From NCBI GenBank assembly GCA_965223905.1, contig CBDCXV010000009.1:256001-320000 (forward strand): DNA of 64,000 nucleotides, given 5' to 3'. Both the position numbers and the translations under genes were made by a program. Shown in pieces: positions 31,148 through 41,291 of this stretch; the stretch's first letter is position 1; the number at the start of each line of letters is the position of its first letter. Under the pieces are notes generated by a model. That model had not been told where the DNA came from. It saw nothing but the letters and a program-made list of their open reading frames with translations, and made no database searches. This DNA comes from Candidatus Latescibacterota bacterium (GTDB lineage Bacteria > Latescibacterota > UBA2968 > UBA8231).

Positions 31148-33070
31148 TTAGCGGACGAAAACGAGTCGCCGTGAGAGCTGCTGGTTCCCCGTCTTAAGCC
31201 GGTAGAGATAGACCCCGCTGGCGACCGCCCGCCCGCGGTCGTCGGCCCCGTCCCATGTGATTTCGTGCGATCCGGCTTCCTGGTATTCCGACACAAGGCG
31301 CCGCACCGGCCTGCCCAGCAGATCATAGAGGGTGAGCTTAACGGTGCCGGGATGTGGCAAGCGGTAGGCAATCACCGTGCGCCCGTTGAACGGGTTGGGG
31401 TAGTTCTGCTGCAGTGATACGCCTGCGGGGCGAACCTCTCCGGCTATCTCGGCAACCACGGTGGGAGGTTCCTGCAGGAGGGCGGCGACGTCGAGCTTGC
31501 CGTACCCCCAGTCGAGGTTGGGGGTCTGTCCGGTGAACTCGTCGGAAGCGGCGGTCCCGGTGAGGGCGCGCCAGACCTCGCGGTTGGTGGCCTGCGGAAA
31601 GCGCTCGAAGTAGAGGGCGACGGCGCCGGCAACCACCGGCGCGGAAGCGCTGGTTCCCGCTGCGGTCCGGTAGTTCGTAGAATCGCCGCTCCAGGCCGAG
31701 GTCAGCACCCCGGGAGCCACAAGGTCGGGCTTGAGCAGCCCATCCAGGGTAGGCCCGCGCGACGAAAACGGCAGCAGATCGCCGACCGCCAGATCCTCGT
31801 AGGTATCCGGGCGAAAATCCAGGTCGCGGTTGGCGAAGGCGCCGACCGAGATGACTTCCGAAGAGGTGCCGGGGGGTACAATCCCATAGCGGTTGTCGAA
31901 AGGCCTGAACTGCGGATCCTCGGGCGCTTGGCGAACACCTTGCGGCTGAGGGGTATGTGCCCAGACATGAAGCACGCCCCTTCCTCTTGCCGCCACGATC
32001 CAGTCGGCAGGTTCAGGCATCGAGTCCCAGATGAAAGTTGTCACCCCGGTGCGATTTCCTTCAGAGCCGGCGGTCATCCAGGCAATGTGCGCCCGAGCCT
32101 CGCCGCTTGCGGTCAAGAGTGAATCCACGGCGATGGGAATCGCGGAGGGATCGAATCTCTTTTTGTCGGCGAGCTGGCGCAGGGATCTCCAGACCATTTC
32201 ATCCTCGGAGAGCCCGATACCCAGCCAAGCCTCTCCCGGGCCCTGGTGATAGGGATGGAGGAAAAGCTCGTTCAGCGGTTCCTCCTGCAAGCGGCTGGCT
32301 CGGTAAATGGTGTAGAATGCCTTCTCCGTCAGGTCGAAGCGGCAGTGTCCGCTCTCCCCCCCGTTGCCCGCAGATGCCACCATCGCCCGCCCCGGCGTCT
32401 CTCGCAAAAGCTGCTCCAAACCTTCCTGATCGGTACCGGACCCGGTTACAATGCTGGCATTTACCACGACCGGACAGCCCTTGCGCTCCGCCACCCCGAA
32501 TATGTAACGGACGACATCCAACAGCGAAAACTGCTGACTGAAAGCGGAGACCACGACAATTTCCGCTCCGGGAGCCATCCCCTGGTAGCGGGGATCGGCG
32601 TTGCCGTTGCCGGCGGCGATGCCGGCGACGTAGGTCCCGTGACCGGCAACAACGCCGCCTGAGGTGTCGCGCGGCGGTCCGGGTCCCGCGCCGCGCAGCG
32701 CCGCTTCGATCTCGTCGCGCGTCCACTCCCGGCCGTAGTCGAATCCAGCCGGCGGGGAGCCGAGCTCGGAATTCATGTCCCAGATAGCGAGGATGCGGCT
32801 GCGCAGGCTGTCGGCAGGGTCGCGGAAGTCGGGGTGACGCCAGTCGATGCCGGAGTCGATGATGCCGACGATCACCCCCTTGCCGGTGGCCGTCACTCCG
32901 GACAGCATTTCCAGCAGGGTGCCGGTGGCTTTCCCGTCCTCGGGGCCGGATACGGATTGGAAGGGCCGGCCGTTCAGGAATGGCGGGAAACCGGAGGATA
33001 TGGGGATCTCGGCCGCGGCGAGAGGGACCTGCATGAGCAGGAACAGGAGGAGCACCCGGCTTGCCATCAC
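31148..33070 (-). CDS. Secreted S8 subtilase with FlgD/T9SS-like C-terminal domain
   Basis: Signal peptide; triad IIDSG, GHGT, GTSASAP; C-terminal QNYPNPFN...WDGADDRG..VASGVYLYRL. Confidence 0.92.
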   Translation of the reverse strand: MMASRVLLLFLLMQVPLAAAEIPISSGFPPFLNGRPFQSVSGPEDGKATGTLLEMLSGVTATGKGVIVGIIDSGIDWRHPDFRDPADSLRSRILAIWDMNSELGSPPAGFDYGREWTRDEIEAALRGAGPGPPRDTSGGVVAGHGTYVAGIAAGNGNADPRYQGMAPGAEIVVVSAFSQQFSLLDVVRYIFGVAERKGCPVVVNASIVTGSGTDQEGLEQLLRETPGRAMVASAGNGGESGHCRFDLTEKAFYTIYRASRLQEEPLNELFLHPYHQGPGEAWLGIGLSEDEMVWRSLRQLADKKRFDPSAIPIAVDSLLTASGEARAHIAWMTAGSEGNRTGVTTFIWDSMPEPADWIVAARGRGVLHVWAHTPQPQGVRQAPEDPQFRPFDNRYGIVPPGTSSEVISVGAFANRDLDFRPDTYEDLAVGDLLPFSSRGPTLDGLLKPDLVAPGVLTSAWSGDSTNYRTAAGTSASAPVVAGAVALYFERFPQATNREVWRALTGTAASDEFTGQTPNLDWGYGKLDVAALLQEPPTVVAEIAGEVRPAGVSLQQNYPNPFNGRTVIAYRLPHPGTVKLTLYDLLGRPVRRLVSEYQEAGSHEITWDGADDRGRAVASGVYLYRLKTGNQQLSRRLVFVR

Positions 33071-33252
33071 CTTCCGGTTGCCCGCCGTCGCGGACCAGGA
33101 TGGCCCTCCGCCATCGCTCTGTTCGACAGCAACCTCATAGCTCTACAGAACTATGACGCCTCTCTGGTGAAAGGGTTCGGCTGACGGACCAGAGGAGCCG
33201 GCGCGAACGGTGCTGATCCTGGCATTTAGCCTCGCTGGCGGCTGCGGCCCCC

Positions 33253-33291
33253 AAAAAGAAGAGGCCGGTCGCGCAGATTGACCGGCCCCTC
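33253..33291 (-). terminator. Rho-independent terminator
   Basis: Minus-strand stem GGGCCGGTC/GACCGGCCT followed by CTTCTTTTT, downstream of the 33405-34352 gene. Confidence 0.65.
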
Positions 33292-33404
33292 GTTGATGCC
33301 ATAGACACTATTCGCGAATCCGCCGACGGTTATTCATCGCCTGTAGCATCGAAGTTCCTTGGAAAGCCCGTCCCGGGCGCATACTCGCGGCACCGGGGAT
33401 TCCC

Positions 33405-34352
33405 TCAAGGGCACCCCCAGGCAACGAGGATCCGCTTCGAGCTCATGGAACTGCGGGGCTCCGCGAAGCCTGCTCCTCTGTCCGGGCATCCCGCCCCAAG
33501 GGGGTACGGCCTGTCAGGCGAATTGGGCAGCCCACCAAAGCGGACCATGAGGCCACCGTTTGCAAACAGGCCACCGAGTTTGAATTCCCGGGAAATCCCC
33601 GACCTCTGCCAAGACTTGTCGAGATGGCGGTAACGGATCTCGCCGAAGAGAAGGACATTTCGGTCCTCCCGATGGGAGAACAAGAGTGGGAAGTTGGCGC
33701 GCAGCCCGAGGGAGAGAGGAAAGGCGGTTCTGCCGTCGAGATCTCTGGAGCGCAACCCCCCCGAGGGATTGAGGCGGCGCAATTGGCCGCTCACGTGGGC
33801 AAAGCCGGCTCCGGCGACCAGTTCGAGACTCATGCCGGCCTGGGAGAAGAGGAGGTGATGGCCGGTCAGCTCCAGCGCCGTGACGGAGTGCCGGGCGCCG
33901 GGGGTGAGGTCGCCGGACGGGGATTCGACCTCGAAGGCGACCAGCGACAGACCGGCGCGGCGGCTGTCCGAGAGGCGGTGCACGAAGCCGAATTCACCCA
34001 GGCGGAAGTCGCCCAGCCTCCGCGCCCACCCCGCGCTCGACCGCAGATGGAGACTGCGCGTCCAGTGAAACCATGTCCGGTGTTGCAGACGGCGCAGGTG
34101 GTGAAGCAGGATGCCTTCGGAGGGGCTTCGAGGCGGATAGCGAAGGGAGTGCGGCGTCGGGATCACGTCGGCCGGCAGGATCGACGGCCCTCCTTTCCCC
34201 GGAGCAGGGGTCTCACCTGTCTGGCACTCGACCGCATCCAGTACAGCACTACCCTTCTTCAGGAAGGGGACATCAAGCTTTTCGAAGAGGGTGCCGGCAG
34301 CTTCGAGTTGGGCAACTGCGAGCAACAGGGTGATGAAGAAGACCTGGGTCAT
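33405..34352 (-). CDS. Hypothetical exported protein, possibly outer-membrane beta-barrel
   Basis: Signal-like N-terminus MTQVFFITLLLAVAQ; alternating beta-strand patterns (LSLGLRANF, LFGEIRYRH). Confidence 0.45.
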   Translation of the reverse strand: MTQVFFITLLLAVAQLEAAGTLFEKLDVPFLKKGSAVLDAVECQTGETPAPGKGGPSILPADVIPTPHSLRYPPRSPSEGILLHHLRRLQHRTWFHWTRSLHLRSSAGWARRLGDFRLGEFGFVHRLSDSRRAGLSLVAFEVESPSGDLTPGARHSVTALELTGHHLLFSQAGMSLELVAGAGFAHVSGQLRRLNPSGGLRSRDLDGRTAFPLSLGLRANFPLLFSHREDRNVLLFGEIRYRHLDKSWQRSGISREFKLGGLFANGGLMVRFGGLPNSPDRPYPLGAGCPDRGAGFAEPRSSMSSKRILVAWGCP

Positions 34353-34446
34353 GGCAACCCTCCTGCTTTTCCGGCAGTCTGTGGCCGGCGTATGAATTTG
34401 CATTCGCAATTGAAGTTACGTTTCCAACCGATCTGAACCCAAAACT

Positions 34447-36849
34447 TTACTTCGCCAAGGTCATTCGCCGCGCCGTTCGGGCATCCCCTGACTGCAGGGC
34501 GAGGAGGTAGGTCCCCGAGCCGAGACCGGTTTCGCGGTAGCGGAAAGTGTGTTGTCCGGCGGGCAGAAAATGCCGATCGAGGAGAAGGCCGACCCGCTGG
34601 CCGAGCAGGTTGTATACCGCCAGGGTCACCTCGCCGCCGGCAGGCAGGGCGAAGCTGAGGGTGGTGCCGGCGTTGAACGGGTTGGGGAAGTTCGGGTGCA
34701 GCTGAAACGCCTCGGGACGGGGGGCCGATGCATCCGCTACCGAAACGAGGGTGCGTTGCCCGGTGAGGGCGGCGATGATGTCGAGCTTGCCGTGGCCCCA
34801 ATGGCGATTCGGCAGCTCGCCGAAGGTGCTGGTGAACCGGTCCCGCCGGGCGCTGGCGAACAGGGCTTCCCGGATCTCCCGGCTGGTGGCGGTGGGATGC
34901 TTCTCGAGGTACAGGGCGACGGCGCCGGCGACCACCGGGGCGGACAGGCTGGTGCCGGCGCCTATGGCGCGTCCGTCGATCCCGACGTGCGAGGTGGAGT
35001 AGGTGATTCCGGGCGCCGCGAGGTCCGGTTTGATCCGTTCGTCGATGGTCGGCCCCCTGCTCGAGAAAGGCAGCAGGTCGCCTAGCTCCAGGCCGATTGA
35101 AGGGACCTCCATGTTGGCGTAGGCGCCCACCGCGATCACCTCCTCGGATGTTCCAGGGGAGATGACCATGTAGTAATTATCGGCCGGGCGATACCCGGTT
35201 TCAGCGTCCAGATCTCGCCTGATTACGCCTTCTCCCAGCCAACTCCAGACGTGGATGGTGCCCCGGCCCCTGGCCATGAGGCGCCACAACACGGAGCTGT
35301 TGTCGCTCGCCCAGGAAAGCTTCTCTGCTTCGAGCAGGAACCGGAAACCGCCCCCGCTTGCCTCTAGAGGGGAGGCCGCCAGGCTCACGGTGCCCAGGGT
35401 GTCCCCACTCGCCGAGATCAGGGCGTCGCTGACGGCGAATTCCGTATCAATATCCATATCAAAGAGATCCGTAACGAAATCCCAATCACCGAGATCCGTG
35501 ACCAAGTCCGACAGGCTGTACCAGGAAGTGCCGGCCAGCTGCGCACGATCTATCGGCTCTCCTTCCCCCCGCTCCGTGTCCAGGGCCAGGGCAAGAGAAC
35601 TTTCTTCCACCTTGGGCCCGAGGACGATGCCCTCGAGTATCAGGCGATCGTCCCAGTTCAGCGCAAGGAAAAAAGAGTCGACGAGAGAAGAGTCGACGGA
35701 AACCGGTTTATAGAAGGTCCATAGCGAATCCCGTTGCAGGGGAAATCCACCCCAATGGCCGAGGAATTCTCCCCCGTTACCTGCGGCTGCGATATAGGCG
35801 CGGCCGGGGTCCGCACGGATCAGCTTCTCCAAGCCCTCTTCCTCCAAAGTGGGAAAGAGGCTCAGGGAGCCCGACCAGGAACTCTGGTTTACGACCGCCG
35901 GCATTCCCTTTTCCGCCGCCTTCCCGTAGATGTAGTCGGCTGCCTCAAGGTAGGAAGCTCCCCTGAGGCCATGGACCATGACGATGTCCGCCTCCGGGGC
36001 CATTCCGGCGTGACTTCCCGTTGCCGCTCCATTGCCTGCGGCGGTCCCGGCCACGTGGGTGCCGTGGCCGGATTCATCTCCCGCAGGCTGATCCGAACCG
36101 CCTTTCAGGGCGGCTTCGATCTGGTCCCGCGTCCACTCGGTGTCACTGATTCTCCCTGAGAGCAGCTCGTCCCGGTCAACAGGAACCCGGATGAACAGAA
36201 TCCGGCTTTTGCCGGGATCATCGGGACCGCGGAAATCGAGATGACGGAAGTTGATCCCAGTGTCAAAGAAACCGATCACCACCCCCTTGCCGGTGTAAGG
36301 GCGGCTGAGGGGAGGGGCGCCCTGGTGCAAGGCGGCCGCGTCCGGCAGCTCGGGAGGGAGCTCGTCCGTAGAGAAGGAACCGCCGCTGGACTGAGGGAAG
36401 CGAAGGGTACCGGGTCGTGGCTGGGGTTTGAAGCGGACGGGATGAGGGAAGGATCGCCCGGCCAACTCTATGCGGGACACCCCGTCCTTCCGGGCAAGCC
36501 GAACCAAGCCTTCCGGAGGAATCAGGGCGGTGGCGATGTCGTCGATGACCGTGCGCACGCTGCCCCCGCATGCGGCGACCGCGGCTTGGAGCCGGTTGGG
36601 ATCCGCCCGCAACACCACGTGAATCGGGGGTCGCGCAACAGGCTTGGCCGCTTCCCCGGAAGTGGCTTCCAGGGCTCGGTGCAGGGCGAGCTTCAGGCGG
36701 GGGCCCAGAACGGCGGCGTCACTGCCTGCTGCGAGCGTCGCCTCCGCCAGCAAGGCGCCGATCAGCAAGGCCCCTGTTCTACTGCACCTCGACGATGAGG
36801 GGAATGGCCCCATGCGAGCCACCAGAAATTTCCCCGGATTCTCTCTCAA
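34447..36849 (-). CDS. Secreted S8 subtilase with T9SS-like C-terminal domain
   Basis: FFDTG, GHGTHVAG, GTSLSAP; C-terminal PNFPNPFN; start codon uncertain. Confidence 0.9.
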   Translation of the reverse strand: MRENPGKFLVARMGPFPSSSRCSRTGALLIGALLAEATLAAGSDAAVLGPRLKLALHRALEATSGEAAKPVARPPIHVVLRADPNRLQAAVAACGGSVRTVIDDIATALIPPEGLVRLARKDGVSRIELAGRSFPHPVRFKPQPRPGTLRFPQSSGGSFSTDELPPELPDAAALHQGAPPLSRPYTGKGVVIGFFDTGINFRHLDFRGPDDPGKSRILFIRVPVDRDELLSGRISDTEWTRDQIEAALKGGSDQPAGDESGHGTHVAGTAAGNGAATGSHAGMAPEADIVMVHGLRGASYLEAADYIYGKAAEKGMPAVVNQSSWSGSLSLFPTLEEEGLEKLIRADPGRAYIAAAGNGGEFLGHWGGFPLQRDSLWTFYKPVSVDSSLVDSFFLALNWDDRLILEGIVLGPKVEESSLALALDTERGEGEPIDRAQLAGTSWYSLSDLVTDLGDWDFVTDLFDMDIDTEFAVSDALISASGDTLGTVSLAASPLEASGGGFRFLLEAEKLSWASDNSSVLWRLMARGRGTIHVWSWLGEGVIRRDLDAETGYRPADNYYMVISPGTSEEVIAVGAYANMEVPSIGLELGDLLPFSSRGPTIDERIKPDLAAPGITYSTSHVGIDGRAIGAGTSLSAPVVAGAVALYLEKHPTATSREIREALFASARRDRFTSTFGELPNRHWGHGKLDIIAALTGQRTLVSVADASAPRPEAFQLHPNFPNPFNAGTTLSFALPAGGEVTLAVYNLLGQRVGLLLDRHFLPAGQHTFRYRETGLGSGTYLLALQSGDARTARRMTLAK

Positions 36850-37114
36850 GTTTCTTTGGTTAGTACTTTAGTACCTGGAGTTTTATACTCGCTTCATCGA
36901 TACAGCGCAACTTCCACCGTCACTTTTGGAGAAAGGAATCTGTTTCCAGGGATGCTGCCTTGATGCCGCCCCAGGATGCAAGAGGGAGGGCATTGGCCAA
37001 AAGAATGGATAGCACCAATGTAAAAATTGGGTGTCGACAGGCCATGAATGCTTTTCAACTAAAATCAGGTTCCCGTTCGACCGGCAAAAAGCAGTCCTGT
37101 CTAACAATCTCCTC

Positions 37115-38119
37115 CTAACCTCCGGGCCGTACCGCGGAACCGCCCTCCATCGACGCGAACACCGCGTCGATCACCCGCATCTGCCCCAGGCTGTTCTGCG
37201 GCGGGATGCGGTAGGCGCCGCCCCGCTCCAGGCAGTCGCGCAGGTGCTGCAGTTGCAGGGCGAACTGGAAGACCGGGGCGAAGTCGAAGCGGGCGGAGCC
37301 GCCTGCGAACTCGGCGTCGATGGCGGTCGGCTGGTTCTCGTTGTTCCAGGCCTTGTCGGCGCGGAGCCGCCCCCCGGTCCCGTGGACCTCGACGTACTGC
37401 GTGGCGAAAAAGGTGAATCCGACGGCGATCTCCGCGGTTCCGCCGCCTGGAAACTCGAGCAGAATGGTGGTCTTCTCGTCGATCCCGGTGGGGCCGCGGC
37501 GGCAGACGGCGAACACGGTTTGCGGTTCGGCTCCGTAGATGAAGCGGGCGTGGTGGATGCAGTAGCAGGCGAGGTCGTAGACGGCGCCGCCGCCGCGCTC
37601 GGGATCCCAGCGCCAGTTGAGCTCCTTGCGAATCTGTTCGGCCGGGACGTTGGTGGCGAAGGTGCTTCGGACCGAGCGCACCTCGCCGACGGCGCCGGCG
37701 TCGACGAGCTCCTTGAGCTTCAGGTGCATCGGGTGGTGGCGGAACTTGAAGGCTTCGGCCAGGAGCACGCCGTGGGCCGCGGCGGCCTCGACCATGCGGG
37801 CGCACTCGGCCGCGGTGGAGGAGATCGGCTTCTCGACGAGGATGGCCCGCACCTTTCCCGACTCGGCCGCCCGGACGGCGACCTCGGCGTGGCTGTTGCC
37901 CCAGGTGCAGACCGACAGGGTGTCGAGGTCCTCCTGCTCGAGCATCTCCCCGAGATCGGTGTAGCGGCCGGCGACCTCGAACTGGTCCCCGAAGCGCTGC
38001 AGGGCCGCTTCGGAGACGTCGCACAGGGCGACGAGGTCGACCCCGCTCACCTGGCCCGCGGCGCGGGCGTGGGCGCCGGCGATGCCTCCCGCGCCGATGA
38101 TCCCCATTCTTAAGGCCAT
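37115..38119 (-). CDS. Gfo/Idh/MocA oxidoreductase
   Basis: GIIGAGGIA, LVEKP, GGGAVYDLACY; RBS AAGGAGG. Confidence 0.92.
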   Translation of the reverse strand: MALRMGIIGAGGIAGAHARAAGQVSGVDLVALCDVSEAALQRFGDQFEVAGRYTDLGEMLEQEDLDTLSVCTWGNSHAEVAVRAAESGKVRAILVEKPISSTAAECARMVEAAAAHGVLLAEAFKFRHHPMHLKLKELVDAGAVGEVRSVRSTFATNVPAEQIRKELNWRWDPERGGGAVYDLACYCIHHARFIYGAEPQTVFAVCRRGPTGIDEKTTILLEFPGGGTAEIAVGFTFFATQYVEVHGTGGRLRADKAWNNENQPTAIDAEFAGGSARFDFAPVFQFALQLQHLRDCLERGGAYRIPPQNSLGQMRVIDAVFASMEGGSAVRPGG

Positions 38120-38211
38120 CGCACCCACCTCCTTCAGTTTCCGGCGGCAATGTACGACAAGGGCCGGCGGGGCTGAATTCCCCGGGCATCCCGTCCGACC
38201 CGATCGGCGCG

Positions 38212-38294
38212 ATCCGGCCGTCGAGAAGGATCCAGGACGGAATGCCGGTTTCCTTCGAACCTGATCGGGGCGCATCCGGCCGTCGAGAAGGATC
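38212..38294. repeat. 21-bp direct repeat in a divergent intergenic region
   Basis: atccggccgtcgagaaggatc at 38212-38232 and 38274-38294. Confidence 0.85.
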
Positions 38295-38513
38295 GACCAG
38301 CGGCAGCCTGCGGGACATCCGGAGACAGGACGCTGTTTGTTGGCACCCCCAACGGGCGATTCTATATTGCCTGCCCGCTGACGAAGAGCCTGTCCAGGTT
38401 CCCATTCGATTAGCGGCCGGCCGCGGCCACCGCGATCAGGTCTCGCCTCGAAGCGGATACCTCGGACAGGCACCGGCATTTCGACAACTCTTGCGACAAG
38501 GGAGCTCAACGAC

Positions 38514-39536
38514 ATGGCACCGGCGATTACAACCCGGAAGGTCGGCTCGACGGAGGTCGCCGTCTCCGAGTTCGGGCTCGGCACCGCTCCTCTCGGGGAC
38601 CTGTTCACGCCCCTGACCGAAGAGGAGGCGCAGGCGGTCCTGCAGGCGGCCTGGGACCGCGGCGTGCGCTACTACGACACCGCCCCGTTCTACGGCCACA
38701 CCAAGAGCGAGCACCGGGTGGGCTGGTTCCTGCGCCAGCAGGAGCGCGGCGACTTCGTCCTCTCCACCAAGGTCGGCCGCATCTTCAAGGCGGTTCCGCC
38801 GGAGCGCTTCCGCCCGGAGTTCTGGAGCGCGCCGCTGCCGTTCGACCTCCACTTCGACTACAGCTACGACGGCATCATGCGCTCCTGGGAGGACAGCCTG
38901 CAGCGGATGGGCCTCGAGCGCGTAGACATGCTGCTTATCCACGATCTCGACATCTGGTTCAACCAGACCGAGCAGCGCGTCCACTACTGGCTGGGCCAGC
39001 TCTACACCAGCGGCTGGCGCGCCCTCGCCGAGCTCAAGGCGAGCGGCCGCATCGGGGCGATCGGCGCCGGCATCAACGAGAACGGCATGATCCGGCGGTT
39101 TCTCGAAACCGTCCCCCTCGACTTCTTCATCGTGGCGCTGCCGTACACCCTGCTCGACCAGGAGGTGCTCGACGAGGAGTTCCCGCTCTGCGAAAAGCAC
39201 GGCGCCGGAGTCGTCATCGGCGCCCCGTTCGCCTCGGGCATCCTCGCGACCGGGCCGGTCGAGGGGGCCAGCTACAAGTACGCCCCGGCTACCCCGGAGA
39301 TCCTCGACAAGACCCGTGCCATCGAGTCGGTCTGCGACTCCCACGGCGTGCCGCTGCGCGCCGCCGCCCTGCAGTTCCCCCTGGCCAATCCACTCGTCGC
39401 CGCGATCATTCCCGGGGCGATCCGCCCGGAGCACGTGACCTCCAACGTCGCCGACTACCGCCGCGACATACCCGCGGAGATGTGGGCGGAGCTGAAGTCC
39501 TCCGGTCTCATCCGCGAAGATGCCCCCACTCCCTGA
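38514..39536 (+). CDS. Aldo/keto reductase (D-threo-aldose dehydrogenase-like)
   Basis: GLGTAPLG, YYDTAPFYG, LSTKVGR, FDYSYDG, LLIHDLD. Confidence 0.92.
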   Translation: MAPAITTRKVGSTEVAVSEFGLGTAPLGDLFTPLTEEEAQAVLQAAWDRGVRYYDTAPFYGHTKSEHRVGWFLRQQERGDFVLSTKVGRIFKAVPPERFRPEFWSAPLPFDLHFDYSYDGIMRSWEDSLQRMGLERVDMLLIHDLDIWFNQTEQRVHYWLGQLYTSGWRALAELKASGRIGAIGAGINENGMIRRFLETVPLDFFIVALPYTLLDQEVLDEEFPLCEKHGAGVVIGAPFASGILATGPVEGASYKYAPATPEILDKTRAIESVCDSHGVPLRAAALQFPLANPLVAAIIPGAIRPEHVTSNVADYRRDIPAEMWAELKSSGLIREDAPTP

Positions 39537-40311
39537 AGCGCCCGCGGCCGCGGGGACGCCGCAGCTGCGGCAACAGCTCGAGTTCTACGGGACCAACGGC
39601 TACCTCGTCGTCCCCGGAGCCCTGGACAGGGAGGAGGTCGCCGCCCTCAACGCGGCCGTCGACGCCGATCTCGAGGCCAACCCCACCCTGTGGCAGAACC
39701 GCGGCAACGCCCGCCTCACCGTGCACGCGCTGATGGCGCACCCGGTCATGGACGGCACCATGAGGCCGGCCCGCCTGCTGCCCCTGCTCGAGGCGATCAT
39801 GGGGGCGGAGCTGTGCGCCGAGGAGCACTCCGTCCGCATCCGCGTCCCCAACCCGGACGGCGAGCCGAACTGCCACTGGCACCGGGACGGGCAGCGCCCC
39901 GACGCCGGCGTCCCCTTCCGGACCCGCTACCTGTCGGTGGTCTTCTATCTGTCCGATGTCGACGCCACGACCCACACCTTCAGCGTCATCCCCGGGTCGG
40001 GGCAGGGGGAGGAGCTGCCGCCGGTGGAGGCGTACGACCTCGGGGCCGCCCATCACATCGAGGGACCCGCCGGCACCGCGGTGCTATTCAACACCGCGAC
40101 CATCCACGCCGGCAACGTGCGCCGCACCGACCGCGAGCGCCGCACCATCCACATCTACTGCGGGCGCTCCAGCGACCGCCACCTCAGCAACTACACCATC
40201 TTTCCAGGGCGGCTGCTGTACGCGGAGGAGGAATCGTTGCGGCGCTACTACGGCCGCCCGAACGCGATCACCCGCCTGGTGCAGGACCATTTCGGAGGAG
40301 GGAAGGCATGA
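39520..40311 (+). CDS. Phytanoyl-CoA dioxygenase (PhyH) family protein
   Basis: NGYLVV, WHRD, YLSDV, IPGS, IHAG. Confidence 0.85.
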   Translation: MPPLPEAPAAAGTPQLRQQLEFYGTNGYLVVPGALDREEVAALNAAVDADLEANPTLWQNRGNARLTVHALMAHPVMDGTMRPARLLPLLEAIMGAELCAEEHSVRIRVPNPDGEPNCHWHRDGQRPDAGVPFRTRYLSVVFYLSDVDATTHTFSVIPGSGQGEELPPVEAYDLGAAHHIEGPAGTAVLFNTATIHAGNVRRTDRERRTIHIYCGRSSDRHLSNYTIFPGRLLYAEEESLRRYYGRPNAITRLVQDHFGGGKA

Positions 40312-41087
40312 GACTGGAGAACCGGATTGCCATCGTCACCGGTGCCGCCGGCGGCATCGGGGCCGCGAGCGTGCGGCGCTTCGCGCAGGAAGGGGCGAAG
40401 GTGACCGCCGTAGACATCGACGGCGAGCGGCTCGAAAAGACGGTTGCCGAGGTGAACGCCGAGGTCCCCGGCTCGACCACGGCGCGCGCCGCCGACGTCG
40501 GCAAGGCGGCCGACGTCGAGGCCCTGGTCGCTTCGACGGTGGCGCAGCGCGGCCGCCTCGACGTCGTCTTCAGCAACGCCGGAATCATGAGGGACGGCTC
40601 GGTCGTCGACCTGCCGGAAAGCGATTGGGACCGGATGTTCTCCGTCAACGTCAAGGGCACCTTCCTGCTCGGCAAGTACGGCGTGCCCGCGATGCGGGAG
40701 GGCGGGGGCGGCGCCTTCGTGATCACCGCATCGGCCAACAGCTTCTACGCCGAGTCGGACATCGCCGGGTACTGCGCCACCAAGGGGGCGGTCATCCAGC
40801 TGACCCGCGCCATGGCGATCGACCACGGCCCCGAGAACATCCGCGTCAACTGCATCTGTCCCGGCTGGATCGAGACGCCGATGTCGCAGCCCTTCCTCGA
40901 CGAGAACCCGGAGGGCCGCAAGTTCGCCGGCAAAATCGCTCCCCTCGGCCGCATCGGGCAGCCGGAAGAGGTCGCCGAGGTCGCGGTATTCCTCGCCAGC
41001 GACGAGGCGCGCTTCGTCACCGCTTCCGCCTTCAACTGCGACGGCGGCTGGACCGCGGGGATGACCAAGGCGCTTGCCCTCATATAG
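40308..41087 (+). CDS. SDR oxidoreductase
   Basis: TGAAGGIG, SNAG, YCATK, RVNCICPG. Confidence 0.95.
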   Translation: MRLENRIAIVTGAAGGIGAASVRRFAQEGAKVTAVDIDGERLEKTVAEVNAEVPGSTTARAADVGKAADVEALVASTVAQRGRLDVVFSNAGIMRDGSVVDLPESDWDRMFSVNVKGTFLLGKYGVPAMREGGGGAFVITASANSFYAESDIAGYCATKGAVIQLTRAMAIDHGPENIRVNCICPGWIETPMSQPFLDENPEGRKFAGKIAPLGRIGQPEEVAEVAVFLASDEARFVTASAFNCDGGWTAGMTKALALI

Positions 41088-41242
41088 TGTCCTGTCCCAT
41101 CCAACCCTTGCCCTTCTACCGCGGATCCGTCCCGGGGATTTCCCCGGCTCGCCGCAGGCCCCCGCTGCGACTCGCTCAGGCGCCATGCGGGCCGGGGCCT
41201 CGGCCGCGGAATCCGGAATCCCTGTCCGTGACAGGGCAGTAG
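41085..41242. repeat. MITE-like element with imperfect terminal inverted repeats
   Basis: TAGTGTCCTGTCCC ... GTGACAGGGCAGTA; left end supplies the SDR stop codon. Confidence 0.45.
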
Positions 41243-41291
41243 TGCCGGAGGCGTCGCCATCCGTTTCTTCAGACCGAACCTGCCGCAGCTG

